The notes under the pieces were generated by a model, which saw only the letters and a program-made list of their open reading frames with translations, had not been told where the DNA came from and did not search any database. The position numbers and the translations under genes are program-made. A DNA stretch of 64,000 nt from contig NC_043020.1 of the NCBI RefSeq assembly GCF_006345805.1, positions 18,848,001-18,912,000 on the forward strand. Direction: 5' to 3'. Source of the stretch: Octopus sinensis. Taxonomy: Eukaryota. Numbering within the stretch: the first letter of the stretch is position 1; every line of letters starts with the position of its first letter. Positions 41,842-55,839 of the stretch are shown one piece after another.

Positions 41842-42109
41842 AGCATGTATGTATCTTTGTAAGTATGCACATTTATGTCATGTGCGTATATTCTATATAT
41901 ATAATATAACCCATCATAAATATTTAGTTATATCTTATATACACACAGACATTTATGTATGTGTGTGCATGTGTGTATGTGTGTGTGCGTGCGTGTAAGA
42001 GAGAGATAGTAGAGAGTAATATGTATATAAAAAGAAAGCGAGAGAAAAGAGAACGAGATAGGATGTGAGACGCAGATAACGATGAACACAGACAGGCAGA
42101 CACAGACAG

Positions 42110-42139
42110 ACCAAACAGAAGATAGATAGATAGATAGAT

Positions 42140-42181
<42 letters not shown>

Positions 42182-42972
42182 GATAGATAGATAGTAGATG
42201 GATGGATGGATGGATGGATGGATGTATGGATGGATGATGGATGGATGGATAGATAGATGATAGATAGATAGATAGATAGATTAGATAGATAATAGATAGA
42301 TAATAGATAGATAGATAGATAATAGATCGATCGATAGATAGATAGATGGATGGACTGGATGGATGGATGGATGTATGGTGGATGGATGGATGGATCGAAG
42401 ATAGTAGATAGATAGATAGATAATATATAATAAAGATAGATATGATAGATAGATAGATAAGGATAGATAGTTGGATGGATGGATGGATTGATGGATGGAT
42501 GGATTGAATGGATGATGTATGGATAGATAGTAGATCATAGATGGATGGATGGATGGATGGATGGATGATGGATGGTAGATCGATAGATAGATAGATATAG
42601 ATAGATAGACTGATGGCTGGATGGATGGATGATGGATGGATTGATGGATGGATGGATGGATAATAGATAGATAGATAGTGGATGGATGGATTGGATGGAT
42701 GGATGTATGGATGGATGGATGATGGTGATGGATAGATAGATAGATAGATAGATAGATGGATGGATGGATGTATGGATGGATTGATGGATGGATGGATGGA
42801 TAGATTAGATAGATAGATAGATAGATAGATGGATGGATGGCATTGGATGGCATGGATGGATGGATGGATGGGTGGCTGGATGATGGCTGGATAATAGATA
42901 GATAGATAGATAGATAGCTGATAGATAGATAATAGATAGATAGATAGATAATAGATCGATAGATCGATAGAG

Positions 42973-43005
<33 letters not shown>
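42110..43005. repeat. Degenerate (GATA)n/(GGAT)n microsatellite block, ~0.9 kb
   Basis: Visible directly; source of the 374-aa pseudo-ORF. Confidence 0.95.
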
Positions 43006-43006
<1 letters not shown>

Positions 43007-43387
43007 GGTGCGAGAATTGAGTTACTGGGTAAAATCCGTATAAATCAATCATATCGTCACGTATTCGTGATAAAGCTAAATGACAGGCTGAAGAAATAAA
43101 GCTCCAATCACATTTTTACTCTTGAAATCAAAAGATTATATTGAAGAAAAATGTAATACTATTCTCGAAATGAGTGGTTCAATTCCCGTCGAATACACCT
43201 CCCTCAGTTCATTATATTTTATTGATAACAATTGATTATCTGCAAAGAAAGGAATGTCTAAGGATGAGGCTAAAACAGGGAGGGGATTTAGCAGACGTAA
43301 GCACATTGCATATTTGCGTCTCACTCCATACATATTTCTATGTGGATGCATATGTGTGTGTGTGTGTGTGGATATATGTACATGTAT

Positions 43388-43422
<35 letters not shown>

Positions 43423-43487
43423 AAGTAGATAAATAGTACAACATGCACCAATATTTACTGGAAAGTGATACATTTGTATTGCATTAT

Positions 43488-43524
<37 letters not shown>

Positions 43525-43529
43525 CATAC

Positions 43530-43574
<45 letters not shown>

Positions 43575-43631
43575 ATACATATATATATCATATATATATA
43601 CTATATATATATATATGTATATATATAGTAC

Positions 43632-43683
<52 letters not shown>

Positions 43684-43737
43684 TATATATGTAATATATA
43701 TTATTATATATATATATAATATATATTATATTATATA

Positions 43738-43784
<47 letters not shown>

Positions 43785-44069
43785 CATATATATTACATAC
43801 ATATATATATATATACATATGAAAATAATATTGCAAATTCATTCAATAAAATCGCCAAGAAATCTTAAATAACCGCAGAAAGAAACAATTGTTTTTTTAA
43901 AAAAACATGTTTAAAAGCTTAAACTTCATCCGCACACTACTTTATGATATATAATTGGTCCGACGAATTTATATTTTCTAAAATTCGTTTGGTCCATCCG
44001 CATAAGTATTTCACTTCATGCAATATTATTAATGCACTTTCTCCCTTTATCTTATATTTTTAGTTGCTT

Positions 44070-44260
44070 CAGTCAGTGTACTACGGCCAAGCTGGATCAC
44101 CGACTTGAAAGATTTTTAGTCAAATAAATCGAATCCAATATTTATTTTTAAAGCACGGTACTAATCCAATCAATCACCTTTTACGGAACCGCTATGTTAT
44201 GTTGACGCAAACAAACAAACACCGGTTGTCAAGTGATCATGGACGTCAAATACAAACATG
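44070..44260 (-). mobile_element. SINE family A, degraded 3' part
   Basis: Diverged match to the family A tail and CCGGTTGTCAAG segment. Confidence 0.5.
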
Positions 44261-44290
44261 AAAACACTATCTCACACACACACACGCACA

Positions 44291-45104
44291 CAGCGTCGGT
44301 GAGTAAATTGTCGTCTAAATTAAACAAAAATGAAAATAACACTGACCTCTCATTTTAACAGATATGTCTACCAAAATTATATAAAAATATCTTGAAATAC
44401 CAAAGAGTAAATTTGTTCAATAAAATTTCCATAGGCTTCAGCCACGGCCTCCAGATGACTTCGGAATCTCCTGAAACTCTTCTGGACGGAATCCCTGTTT
44501 AAGTTGGTGAATGCTGCCATAACCCTTGGCTTCGGTTTGTCTTTGGTGTTACAAGGAGTTTTGTTGGTCTCTCGCTTAACTGCGCGCCACACAAAATAAT
44601 CAAGGGGACTGCAGTTTGAGGAGTTAGGTGGCGAGATGTTAGGGGTGATGTTAGGTTCTCCTGATTGTGTGGCATGGTGCAGAGCCCTGTTGCCGAACAT
44701 AGGGTCTTCCAGCAGCCACTCTCTTGACCAAGGGCAGCAGTACCTCCTCCAAGCACTCGATTTGGACTCCGTATTGATTCTCATGCCGTGTGGGAAGATG
44801 AATGGAGGCATAACGTCACCGTCATTAGTGATCACTCCAAACACCTTGATGTTGACTGGATGTTTGATTTTTATTACTCTCGGTGCATGTATTCAGATTG
44901 ACACCCAAACACTCTAAAATGTTCGTATTTGAGTTTCTGATGTGAGTGCCAAGTAGTACAGCATGCCGTTTCCAAATTTCTGGCAGAATGAATTGTGTGA
45001 TGGTGGTGTTTTTCTCACAGACAGTGTAGTCGACAAAGTCGAAAAAAACACTGTGCATGAGCGAAATTAGAAAATAAATCGGCAACAATATACCCACCGC
45101 ACCC
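44291..45104 (-). mobile_element. Internally deleted DD37D/maT-like transposon
   Basis: VFGVITNDGDVMPPFIFPHG, NITPNI.PPNS..C.PLDYFVW and RRFRSHLEAV; imperfect TIRs at both ends. Confidence 0.8.
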
Positions 45105-45162
45105 ATCCCATTGTTCTACATATATATATATATAATATATATATATATATATAATATATATA

Positions 45163-45216
<54 letters not shown>

Positions 45217-45221
45217 ATATA

Positions 45222-45266
<45 letters not shown>

Positions 45267-46849
45267 CAGCGTGGAAGACATATGTCGGTCATTCAGAAAC
45301 ACACAAAGACTGTTAACTTCAGTTAAACATTTATCGTTTGTAGTATGGCTCAAAACCGCGACCTTGTCACAGGCAGGGTTGACGAAATGCAACAACGTTG
45401 ACAATGACCAAGTCGCAGTTTCGAGCAAAGGAAATTTTGACACCATAATTTTGGCAGACGGTCTAAAATCAAAACACTGGTCATGCTGCATATGCGCATA
45501 TGTGTGTGCAACTGTATCTGTGTAAATACACATACAAGAACACACACAGGCACACACACACAAACACACACACGTACAGAAGCACACGTACACATACATG
45601 TGTAATGTAAAGATTTCACTAATTCTTACCACTAAATGCTGCTGCATTTTCGTCTACCAAATCTACTCAAGGCTTTGGTCGGCCCAGAGCTTTAATAGAA
45701 GACATTTTCCCCCACGGTGCTGTGCAGTGGGAGTGAACCTGGAAGTATGAGTTTTGAGAGCAACCTTTTTACCATACAGCCACGCCTTCGCCTATAATGT
45801 ACAGAACAACATTTTCATCGATCTCTAGATTCTAACCATTCACCAACCTAATACTTGAATTAGCTACAAGCTGCACCATTACCAATACTAACACAACCAT
45901 CGTATTCTCTGTCGTCACAATAACCGCCACCCTCACCAGTACCACTAAACAAGCACCACCAAAACACCAGTGCAGACACGAACAACAACACCACCATCAC
46001 ATTCCGCTCAACCGCCGCCACCAACACGACCATTATTACCACCACCACCACCACCATCTCCATCTCCATCGCCAAAGCCAGAATTAATCTTTCCTTCACA
46101 GGTTAACAATGTTGTTGTTAACTCTCCTGTTATTGCTGTTTACATCGCCAACATTTCACTAATTCTTACCATTCTCAGAAATTTCCGCCAATTTAATGTC
46201 CGCACACGGCAATTCTAATGATGTTGCACAAATTTACCAATTTCTTCATAGAATCTCTGTCAACATTATTGTTTTGTGATCTTTACACAGCTGTCGACTC
46301 CAACAATTGCTTTGCATTCAGCCTCAATCATATTGTAATCAACGCAATCACTTCAACATCTTTACATTACACATGTGTGTGTACGTGTGCTTCTGTACGT
46401 GTGTGTGTTTGTGTGTGTGTGCCTGTGTGTGTTCTTGTATGTGTATTTACACAGATACAGTTGCACACACACACTCATATGCGCACATGCATATAGCTAT
46501 GAATATATATATATACGTTTATCTCTATGGATATATGTACATACATATATATAAATATACATTACCAACCACATTTTCATATATAAATTATATATATATA
46601 TATATCTTTTACTTCTTTTAGTCATTTGACAGCGACCATGCTGGGGCACCGCCTTGAAGGCTTTTATTGGAACAAATGAACAACATGAATTATTTTTTTA
46701 AGCGTAGTACTTATTCTATCGAACTATTTTGCCGAACTGCTGTTTCCGGGGAAGTAAACACACTACTACCAGTTTTCAAGCGGTAGTGTGTGGACAAGCA
46801 CAGACAGAAACACACACACACACATACATACATACATACACTACATACA

Positions 46850-46882
<33 letters not shown>

Positions 46883-46916
46883 GTGAGTGTGTATGTGTAT
46901 ATACACACACACAGAC

Positions 46917-46979
<63 letters not shown>

Positions 46980-47076
46980 ATCCAAACAAGAAACACAGAA
47001 AAAAAGAAAAAAACACAGCAACGCAGACGTGGAACAATTAAAGTATTATTGATGCTCAGGAAAGAAGGGAAGGAGG

Positions 47077-47111
47077 GTTTAACGTTTTGAGCGGAGCTCT
47101 TCGTCGGAAAC
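47077..47111 (-). ncRNA. Minimal hammerhead-like motif (CCGACGA core, GAAA decayed to AAAA)
   Basis: GTTT CCGACGA a GAGC tcc GCTC AAAA CG TT AAAC: stems I and II pair perfectly; stem III is the palindrome AACGTT. Confidence 0.5.
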
Positions 47112-47181
47112 AAGGAGAAGGAAAGATCCCAAGGAGGGAAGACAGAGGAGACAATATTTGAGCTGGTGGTACTTAAGAGAT

Positions 47182-47233
<52 letters not shown>

Positions 47234-47372
47234 CGGAGATGTACTACTGGCAGAGCAAGTGACTTGATCTGAGATCGTGTGCTGGAACGAAAACAATTGC
47301 AGCGTGGAAGGTGTTTATAAGCCATTTAAGAAACACACAAGACCGTTAGATTCACTTCACATTTAAATTTAA

Positions 47373-47422
47373 TTTGTCAAAATATTTTCGTCGCTTTGAG
47401 ACTGCGACCTTTCACTGACAAA
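47373..47422 (-). ncRNA. Hammerhead-like three-way fold with non-canonical core
   Basis: TTTGTCA GTGAAAG GTCGC agtctcaaa GCGAC GAAA ATAT TT TGACAAA: 7-bp stem I, 5-bp stem II, palindromic AATATT; CUGANGA is not matched. Confidence 0.35.
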
Positions 47423-47436
47423 ACTTCGTGCTCATA

Positions 47437-47520
<84 letters not shown>

Positions 47521-47551
47521 ATATATATTATATATATATATATATATACAC

Positions 47552-47582
<31 letters not shown>

Positions 47583-47842
47583 CATATACAATGGGCTTCC
47601 AATTTCCGTCCACCAAATCCACTAACAAGGGTTTGATCAACCCGATGCTATAGTAGAAGACAGTTACCCAAGGTGCCACGCAGTGGGACTGAACTCGGAA
47701 CCATGTGATTGGGAAACAAGCTTCTTACCACACAGGCATAACTCCGCCTACAAACATACATAGAAACACACGCACACACATACACACACACACTTATATA
47801 TACACACGTATATTGAATCTACATATGTTTGTGTTTGTGAGT

Positions 47843-47880
<38 letters not shown>

Positions 47881-47922
47881 TATACACTCACACACACAAA
47901 CACATACGTATGCATATATAGG

Positions 47923-48003
<81 letters not shown>

Positions 48004-48174
48004 TATGTGTATATATATATATATATATTATATAATGCATACAGTTTGGGTAGTTGGTGACTCGGTCATAATGTCTGTCTGAAGCTAAAACGATTGCATC
48101 GAGTTATTACAGCCATTACTCGAATCTATTTTCATATCGTTAAATGTACATTAGATTGTGACGTATGTACGTAA

Positions 48175-48314
48175 GAAGCATGGTTCCGGGTTCAGTTCCA
48201 CTGCGTGGCACATTGGACAAGTGCCTTCGACTATAGCCTCAGGCTGACCAATGCCTTGTAAGTGGATTTGGTAGATGGAAACTGAAAAGAAGCTCCTCGA
48301 ATATATGTGCGTGC

Positions 48315-48378
<64 letters not shown>

Positions 48379-48590
48379 TTGTGTGTGTATTACTCCCCAC
48401 CTCACATCACAACCAGTGTTGGTGTGTTTACGCCCCCATAAAATAGCGGTTCGGCAAAAAACACTGATAGAATAAGTACGAGGCTTCAGAAATAATTCCT
48501 GGGGTTGATTTGCTCGATTAAAACCCTTCAAGGCGGTGATTCGACATGGCCGCAGACTAACGACGAAGCAAGTAAAAGAATAAAAGAATA
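48175..48590 (+). mobile_element. SINE family A, near full length
   Basis: B-box-like GGGTTCAGTTCC, (GT)n centre, family tail. Confidence 0.85.
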
Positions 48591-48609
48591 CATATATATA
48601 TATATATAA

Positions 48610-49580
48610 GTGGTAAGTAGCTTGCTTACTAGCCACAAGATTCTGGGTTCAGTCCAGCTGCGTGGCACCTTGGGCAAGTCTTTTCTACTATAGCCTCGGG
48701 CCGACCAAAGCTTTATGAGTGGATCTGGCAGATGGAAACTGAAAGAAGCCCGTCGTATATATATATATGAGCAAAACGTCCCCCGTCCAATGGACGGTGC
48801 TGACTTGTCAAACATTTAAACCAAATTTTCTCAAAACAACTAGTCCGACCGTCCGATTGGCCTCCCCTTTGAGAAACACTGATTTACCTAAATTTGAAAC
48901 TCCAGCAAAAGGAGAAATGAAGATAGACATTTTTTTTCTATTCCAAAGAAAAACGATTTTATCCACACAAATATGCAACCGAAGAATTTAAAGTACCAGT
49001 AATGATAAGGCTGTTGACTCGGAGAACACAAACATGGTTTAAATAGTAAGCTTGGCAGGAAAAAAGCGTGCCTTTAAGCAGTACAAAAACAACAAAAAAT
49101 GGAGGGTGCAGTTATGTACAGTTTGACGGAAGAAAAGCACGACAAAAACGACTTTATCGATCGCATTCTCACCTGGAATCGATTTTTGTAATTTTTTCAA
49201 TGATATCGTCGGTTTCTACATATCAAATTTGAGCGCAATCGGATGGAGGATGCCCGAGATCCTAGAAGACACACACACAGATAAACAGAACGGATTTTAT
49301 ATAATAGATATATATATATATATGTATGTATGTATGTATATATGTACGTATATATGTATGTATGTGTGTATATGTATGTGTGTCTGTGTTTGTCCCCCTA
49401 ACATCGCTTGACAACCGATGCTGGTGTTTATGTCCCCGTAACATAGCGGTTCAGCAAAACAGACCGATAGAATAAGTACTAGGCTTACAAAGAATTAGTC
49501 CTGGGGTTGATTTACTCGACTAAAGGTAGTACCCCAACATGGCCACAGTCAAATGACTGAAACAAGTAAAAAAAAAAGTA
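48610..49580 (+). mobile_element. SINE family A split by a non-autonomous Helitron
   Basis: 5' half at 48610-48765 and 3' half at 49365-49580. Confidence 0.8.
48840..49308 (-). mobile_element. Non-autonomous Helitron-like element
   Basis: Minus strand begins A|TCTATTATATAAAATCC and ends in GC-rich sequence then CTAG|T; no ORF. Confidence 0.6.
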
Positions 49581-50037
49581 ATAAAGCAGAGTTTGCGTAT
49601 GTGTGTGTACGTATGTTCCTTATGCATTCGAAAACTTAGTGTGTTGATTTTGACGTATGGGATATCAAAACATTGAGTAATATTTCGGCTAGCAAATAAA
49701 CTTTATTTTCATTTGCATATTTGCACTTCAAAAATTTAACATAATCTTTCTATAAGTCAACTATCGTAAATGGCATTTTATGACATCACCACCACCACCA
49801 CCACCACCACCAAGCGCATTCGTTACGTACTTTACGCCGATGACTGAGAAATATATATGTGTGAATGCATGTGACGGAGTATGTGTGTGTGTATATGCAT
49901 ACATTTTTGTGACGACTCTCACTCACACAAACACTCACACAAACATCTAAAGAGTGAGACACACACAGAGGGAGAGAGATGCTCCAGTATGGCCGCAGTC
50001 AAATAACTGAAACAAGTAAAAGAGTAAAAGAGTAAAG

Positions 50038-50190
50038 GTATCACCAAAGGATCAAAAGCTGATGAGGTCAATGCATGCTTCAAAAATCGTTCCTTTGGAG
50101 ACGTGAAAAAAACTTCATCTTACAAGCATCAGAGTACTTCTGCAAGATGATCATACGAGCTTCTTAAGATTGGTAACGGCCGTAAGATTT
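50038..50190 (+). pseudogene. Short Helitron PIF1 helicase fragment from a different family
   Basis: Frameshifted ITKGSKADEVNAC..KKLHLT..RVLLQ..LLKIGNG, aligning by eye with VIPKGTRTDAVSACLK..KTLKLHTNMR at 23500-23600. Confidence 0.6.
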
Positions 50191-50297
50191 GTTACGTCAC
50201 CTATTTTGTTATGTCATACTTTGTATTAAAAATAAGTTATAAATGTGGTCCAATCGATGTGCCGGTTAATCTGTGGTTTTCTCCATTTTCCAATTAT

Positions 50298-50331
<34 letters not shown>

Positions 50332-50567
50332 GGGGGACAAATAGTCTAGAAGCCCAATATGTTAAGAGCAAATAGGTAAAAGAGTAAGCTAGTAATGGTC
50401 TAGGGGATCCTATATAAATTCTTGTTTATTCTGTTGTGAGCCTACACACCAATGCTCGGTGATAACACGGGTAACGAACACCGATAGTATATACGGATAT
50501 TTTATCCCTTAGTTGGTTACTATAACTGTTAACCCTGTTTACATCTATATTTACATACATATATATA

Positions 50568-50622
<55 letters not shown>

Positions 50623-51479
50623 GATCTTAATAAATATATATATTGTAGTTAGTAGGTGCCAGCTGTTTACTCTTGAAGCACATTTGCTTAATCCATTATT
50701 ACAATCCAATACATAGCAATTGCTGCTATATATTAGTTAAAATTCATTTTGAAATTGAGAATTGAAGGCGGTGCTCTAGCATGGCCACAGTCAAATAACT
50801 GAAACAAGTAAAAGAGTAAAAGAGTAATTATGTGAAAATTTTTTGCAGAGTTATTGTATAACAAGACAGGAAATTGGAAATGCTTTTGGTATCATTTATT
50901 CACCATTACACGTCTTTCATTTGGTAATAGGAATTACAAGTTTTACGTGATAGATAGACTTGTAAGAAATTTCGTGTCAGAAACTCTTCGGGCAAAGAAA
51001 TTTAATGCAACGAATTTTACGTTTCGATGAAGCGTTTATATTTCGATAATAATCAGGAACTGCATAGACAGCTTCAGTGAAAGAAAACACCGCGCGTGCG
51101 CGCAAACATATACGTATGTATTCAAGTATATATACATACATGTATATATTTATATATGAATATATATTTCCAAGATGTACTTGCTTCGTAAGTGATTTGA
51201 TCTCAGACCTTGTGTCATCTCAAGATGAAATTAAAACAATCACTGCATGGAAGACACATATTAATTATTTTTGAATGGCTAATATGGGTTTTCCATGTTA
51301 TGATAATTGTTCGCGCGCGCGCGCGTATGTGTGTGTGTATGTGTGTGTGTGGAACTTATCCAAGACACGAAATTCTCGGCCCTTGAGTTGCTCTGTCGCT
51401 TCCGCTAAATATTAATAGACATATTCATATACATATATTTTGAGTTCTATTTTTCTTGTTTGCATCATCATACCTCTAT

Positions 51480-51775
51480 GCATAATGGACTCTCCCGTCG
51501 AAAATGACGTACGAGCGTCCAGCTTTTGCCGAACGCCCTGCACAAATGATTTGTTTATAACGACCATATAGATGTGTTGTATATTACCTGACTCTCCTCC
51601 ATCAAATCAACGTTGTCTGAACAGTGACAGGGTGTACCATGCGTCAGGTGTCGTAGTAATTGCAGAGCAATGTGAGGTGGAGTGTTTTGCTCAAGAACGC
51701 ATCATACCACCCGGTCTAAGAATTGAAACCACGGTCTCGCGATCGTGAGTCCAACACCCCAACCACTAGGCCATA
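51480..51775 (-). mobile_element. SINE with family C-type tRNA head and a different body
   Basis: ATGGCCTAGTGGTTGGGGTGTTGGACTCACGATCGCGAGACCGTGGTTTCAATTC head. Confidence 0.6.
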
Positions 51776-51833
51776 TATACATATATGTGAGTATATATAT
51801 ATGTGTGTGTGTAGATATATCTATGTATATATC

Positions 51834-51897
<64 letters not shown>

Positions 51898-53339
51898 TAT
51901 GTATATATATATATATGTTCATATATATATATATGTATGTGTATATATGTATGTATTTATGTATGTATGTATGTATATACATTCTACATGTATATATACA
52001 ATGAAGTCAGTGCATAAATTTCGAGTGCTGTGTGGATAAAATAAGGATTGTCGTGTCTCTATATTGAAGATTTATAACTGTTTAATCGGACACCATCCGA
52101 GAGCGAGAGGAAGTGAAAGGAAAGGAGGCAGGGAGGAAAAGAAGGAGGCAGTGGAGGAAGGAAGAAGAAGTGGAATGGGAGGAGAAAACGTAAAATGGAG
52201 GTGCTTACGATGTACGGCAGGCTCTCTCTGTAATGATCTTTTTAAGATCTTTTTACCGCCCCAGGTTTCGTCCAAACCTTTCCCCCCGCAATATCAATGC
52301 TATTGAATTTTGTCTTCCACCCTCCGCCCAGCTACCAGTTTTCCCCCCTACAGACTTTAAATGACAGATGTTTACACTGTAATATATAAGCTTCGTCACA
52401 TCCCTGCAGCGCCTGAAGATCCTACATAAGTGGTTACCACTAACCTCCCCCCAATCCTGTCTATGCAACATAAAGTAAAGATGGCCTTATTTCCATAGAG
52501 ACGAGGAGGAGAACAACCTGGGTTGGGCTCCGTTGGAAGATGACAATAACTTATCCGACAGGGACATCAACAACTATCATCACCATTACCATCACAACCA
52601 CCTCCACCACCACCGCAACCACAGCCACCATCAACTACCACCACATCTACGATCACAACTACCATCCCCTACCGCCACCAGCGCCACTACCACAGCCACC
52701 ACAATCACTGCTCCCATTACCACAGTCAACATTTAATTAGTTTGTTTACGTCATTAGCAATAATTCCAAATGTTAAAAATAGTTCAATCGTTATTAATAT
52801 TTCACAGATCGATAATTATTGGTAGGTTCACAGGTAGCATACGGTATGTTTATATAGAGAAAGATTTTGTGTGTGCGCGCGCATGTGTGTGTGCGTGTAT
52901 GTATGAGTGTGTATGTGTTTGTGTGTGTGTGCATGCGCGTAATGATATATGTGCGCGAACGCACGCATACATTCATACACGCACAAGTGTAAATATGTAT
53001 ACATACAGGTATACAGTATATATATATGTGTGTGTGCATATATGTGTGTGTGCATATATGTATGTATTTGTATGCATATGTATAATGCATAGGTATGTAT
53101 TTATAAATGTATGTATGTATATTGTGCGTGTGCGTGTGTACGGTGTTGAGGAAAACTTTGAAGTAAGCGTGGTTTAGATCTCCACGGAGCATTGGTCAGA
53201 TAGACGAAAACTTATAATGCAACTCCTTTATTCAGGGCTGGTGCTTCTAGCGTCGAAAGTTAACTGTATGAACGATCCTCATCGAAATGGTCTGGAATTA
53301 GAGAGGCACATGCCTACATGGAATACAAAATACAGAGTG

Positions 53340-53983
53340 CAGAATAAAGAAACAAAACAAACAAAAGGAGTTATATGATAGCCTTTCTTTACAGCTGTTT
53401 CGGGAGCACCATGGCTTATGCCGTAACCACGAGACTGATAAAAAGCTACGTTTAACCTACTATGGGATAACAGACAATTGTAGGCTCGCAATTGTCCATT
53501 GAATGGCAACTGTTTGCACTATAATGTGGTGTATAAATGTTTAGTCCCCACCCCAGGGGCACAGGCTGTCACAGCCTATATTGGCTGTACGAGTGGTTGT
53601 AAGTTACATTATTTTACACACCTTTTAGTTCTTTTTCTAATAGTGCCACGAAACAATCCACTCAAATTATCTCAAACTATCTCAAAACCGAGGGCAGACC
53701 CTATGATCTTCCTGGTTATAGGTTGTGGTAGAAGTCCCTACGCGAGTAGCAGGCGAACTTGCCAAACTTGTTGCTATTTTACATCACAACGAGATTTCTC
53801 TCTCTCTCCTAGATCACTTCTTTGGGGATTTTCACGTGCCTTCATAAAAACTGCAAAATGTTCTCTCATTGCCTTAAATTATTGTAATTTTTACCATAAA
53901 ACTTGCTTCCCTTTCTCTTTTTCTCTCTATCCCTATTTATCTAAATCTCTCTCTCTCTCTCAATCTCTCCTCTCCCTTTCTCT

Positions 53984-54018
<35 letters not shown>

Positions 54019-54530
54019 ACTCTTACCGACGTTCCATATCTCCCTATGCCTGACGATTGGCATGAATCCACTTACCTCCCTACCGACATTTACTGCCGAT
54101 GGTTTTCCTGAAACTCGGGTACCACCTGTAACTGTCCTGGTTTTTTTATAGACTTTATCTCTTCCCTCTCAGGTTTCCGTCATGCCTTCATTATACCAAA
54201 TCCTCTTTAGTCACACCACCTTCTCACTATTACCTTTCTTGCCTCTTATTCTTTCCTTACTAACCCCAGTCTATTCTCTGTAAGCCTTTTCATTTGTAAA
54301 CACTGCTATGTAATACACATTTACCATTTTCTTTCGATGGAGTGGCCTGGCCTCGCCTAAACGGTCTATAGAATTTTTTATTATACATATACCTATTACA
54401 TCGTGGGTATTTAATATCTGTGGACGTGCTTATGGCGTAAGTCATGCTGTTCCCAATACAGCTGTCAAGATAAGATTATACGCCATGGAAACCGGATAAC
54501 AGACCTTATGAGTCCTCAGGCTCAAGAAAA
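53340..54530. mobile_element. Degraded Penelope-like remnant: GIY-YIG fragment between inverted pLTR-like ends
   Basis: CPLNGNCLHYNVVYKCLV..AYIGCTSG at ~53495-53600; 53390-53445 and 54415-54470 are diverged inverted homologs. Confidence 0.6.
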
Positions 54531-54689
54531 ATAAAACAAATTAATGAATTAGTTCATTAATTAATTAAGTCAACATCATCTCTAATCGAATGCAAATCTG
54601 GGTTTAGCCTACACTTCCCAGCTTTGCGGATACTGATGCCGTTATTGTAAACTTCCTTTTTTGTTGAATTTTATATATTTCTTACTAAA

Positions 54690-55128
54690 ACCTTTTATTC
54701 TTACTTGCTTCGGTCTTTGGACTGCGGTCTTGCTGGTGCAACACCTTGAAGGATTTAGTCGAACAAATAGACCCCAGTACTTATTTTTAAGCTTTGTACT
54801 TATTTTATTGGGGTGGAGGGTTACCAAACCGCTAGATAACGGAAACGTAACAAACATTGGCTGTTAAGCGGTGTTAAAAGACAATCATAAAAACACACAT
54901 ATAAATTTATATATGCATGGATACATGCATGCATGTATACATGCATGCATACATACATGAATGCATACATACGTACATGCATACATACATACATATTTAC
55001 ATACATACATACAACAAGCGTCTTTCAGTTTCCGTCTTGCAAATCCACTCAAGGTTTTGAGTCGAACCTTGCCCCTGATACCGTGCGGCAGAACTGAACC
55101 CAAGACCATGTGGTTGGGAAGTAAGCTT
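54690..55128 (-). mobile_element. SINE family A
   Basis: Both halves present around a (CATA)n centre. Confidence 0.75.
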
Positions 55129-55309
55129 CTTATTTCTTTACCTTTATTGCTAAGCATTTCGCCCGGTGTGCTAACGTTTCTTATTTCTTTTTTTTTTCCA
55201 TACCGATAAAATACTCCTTAGTCATTTCTCTCTTGCAAAAAAGCTGTTTGTGTAGTTACAGTTCCGCAAACCTGTTTCAATATATTCATGTCGGAAGTAG
55301 GCTTCTTAT

Positions 55310-55520
55310 TTATTTATTGCCCACAAGGGGCTAAACATAGAGGGGACAAACAAGGACAGACAAAGGGATTAGGTCGATTACATCGACCCCAGTGCGTAAC
55401 TGGTACTTAATTTATCGACCCCGAAAGGATGAAAGGCAATTTGAACTCAGAACATAAAGACATACGAAATACCGCGAAGCATTTCGTCCGGCGTGCTGAC
55501 GCTTCTGCCAGTTCGCCGCC
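55310..55520 (-). mobile_element. SINE family B
   Basis: Reverse complement of the 14503 unit. Confidence 0.8.
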
Positions 55521-55839
55521 TTTCAGAAGTAAGCTTCTTTATTTCATTACATTTGCCATAAAGGCAGTACATAAAGTAAAGTAGCTTTGCGGGCTGGACA
55601 AGGACATTAATGAGATGAATGATAATGAAAGAAAGATGATAAGGATGGGAGTAGATAAAAAGTGCCCGCCGACTTCTGCTTCTCTAAAACATTGTTCTTT
55701 AAAACCAAACACAAAACGAGGTATTAAACCTGTTACAACTTTTCAACTTTGGGACTTAACAGTCCATTACAAACAACAACATAGTTCAATAATTACATTT
55801 AATATATATAAATACAATACACAAAGCCCCTCTTCCCAG

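Larger units (their letters stand above)
46606..47738 (-). mobile_element. SINE family A split by insertions in its central microsatellite
   Basis: 3' half at 46606-46810 and 5' half at 47591-47738; two ~200-bp units lie between (TA)n tracts inside. Confidence 0.75.
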
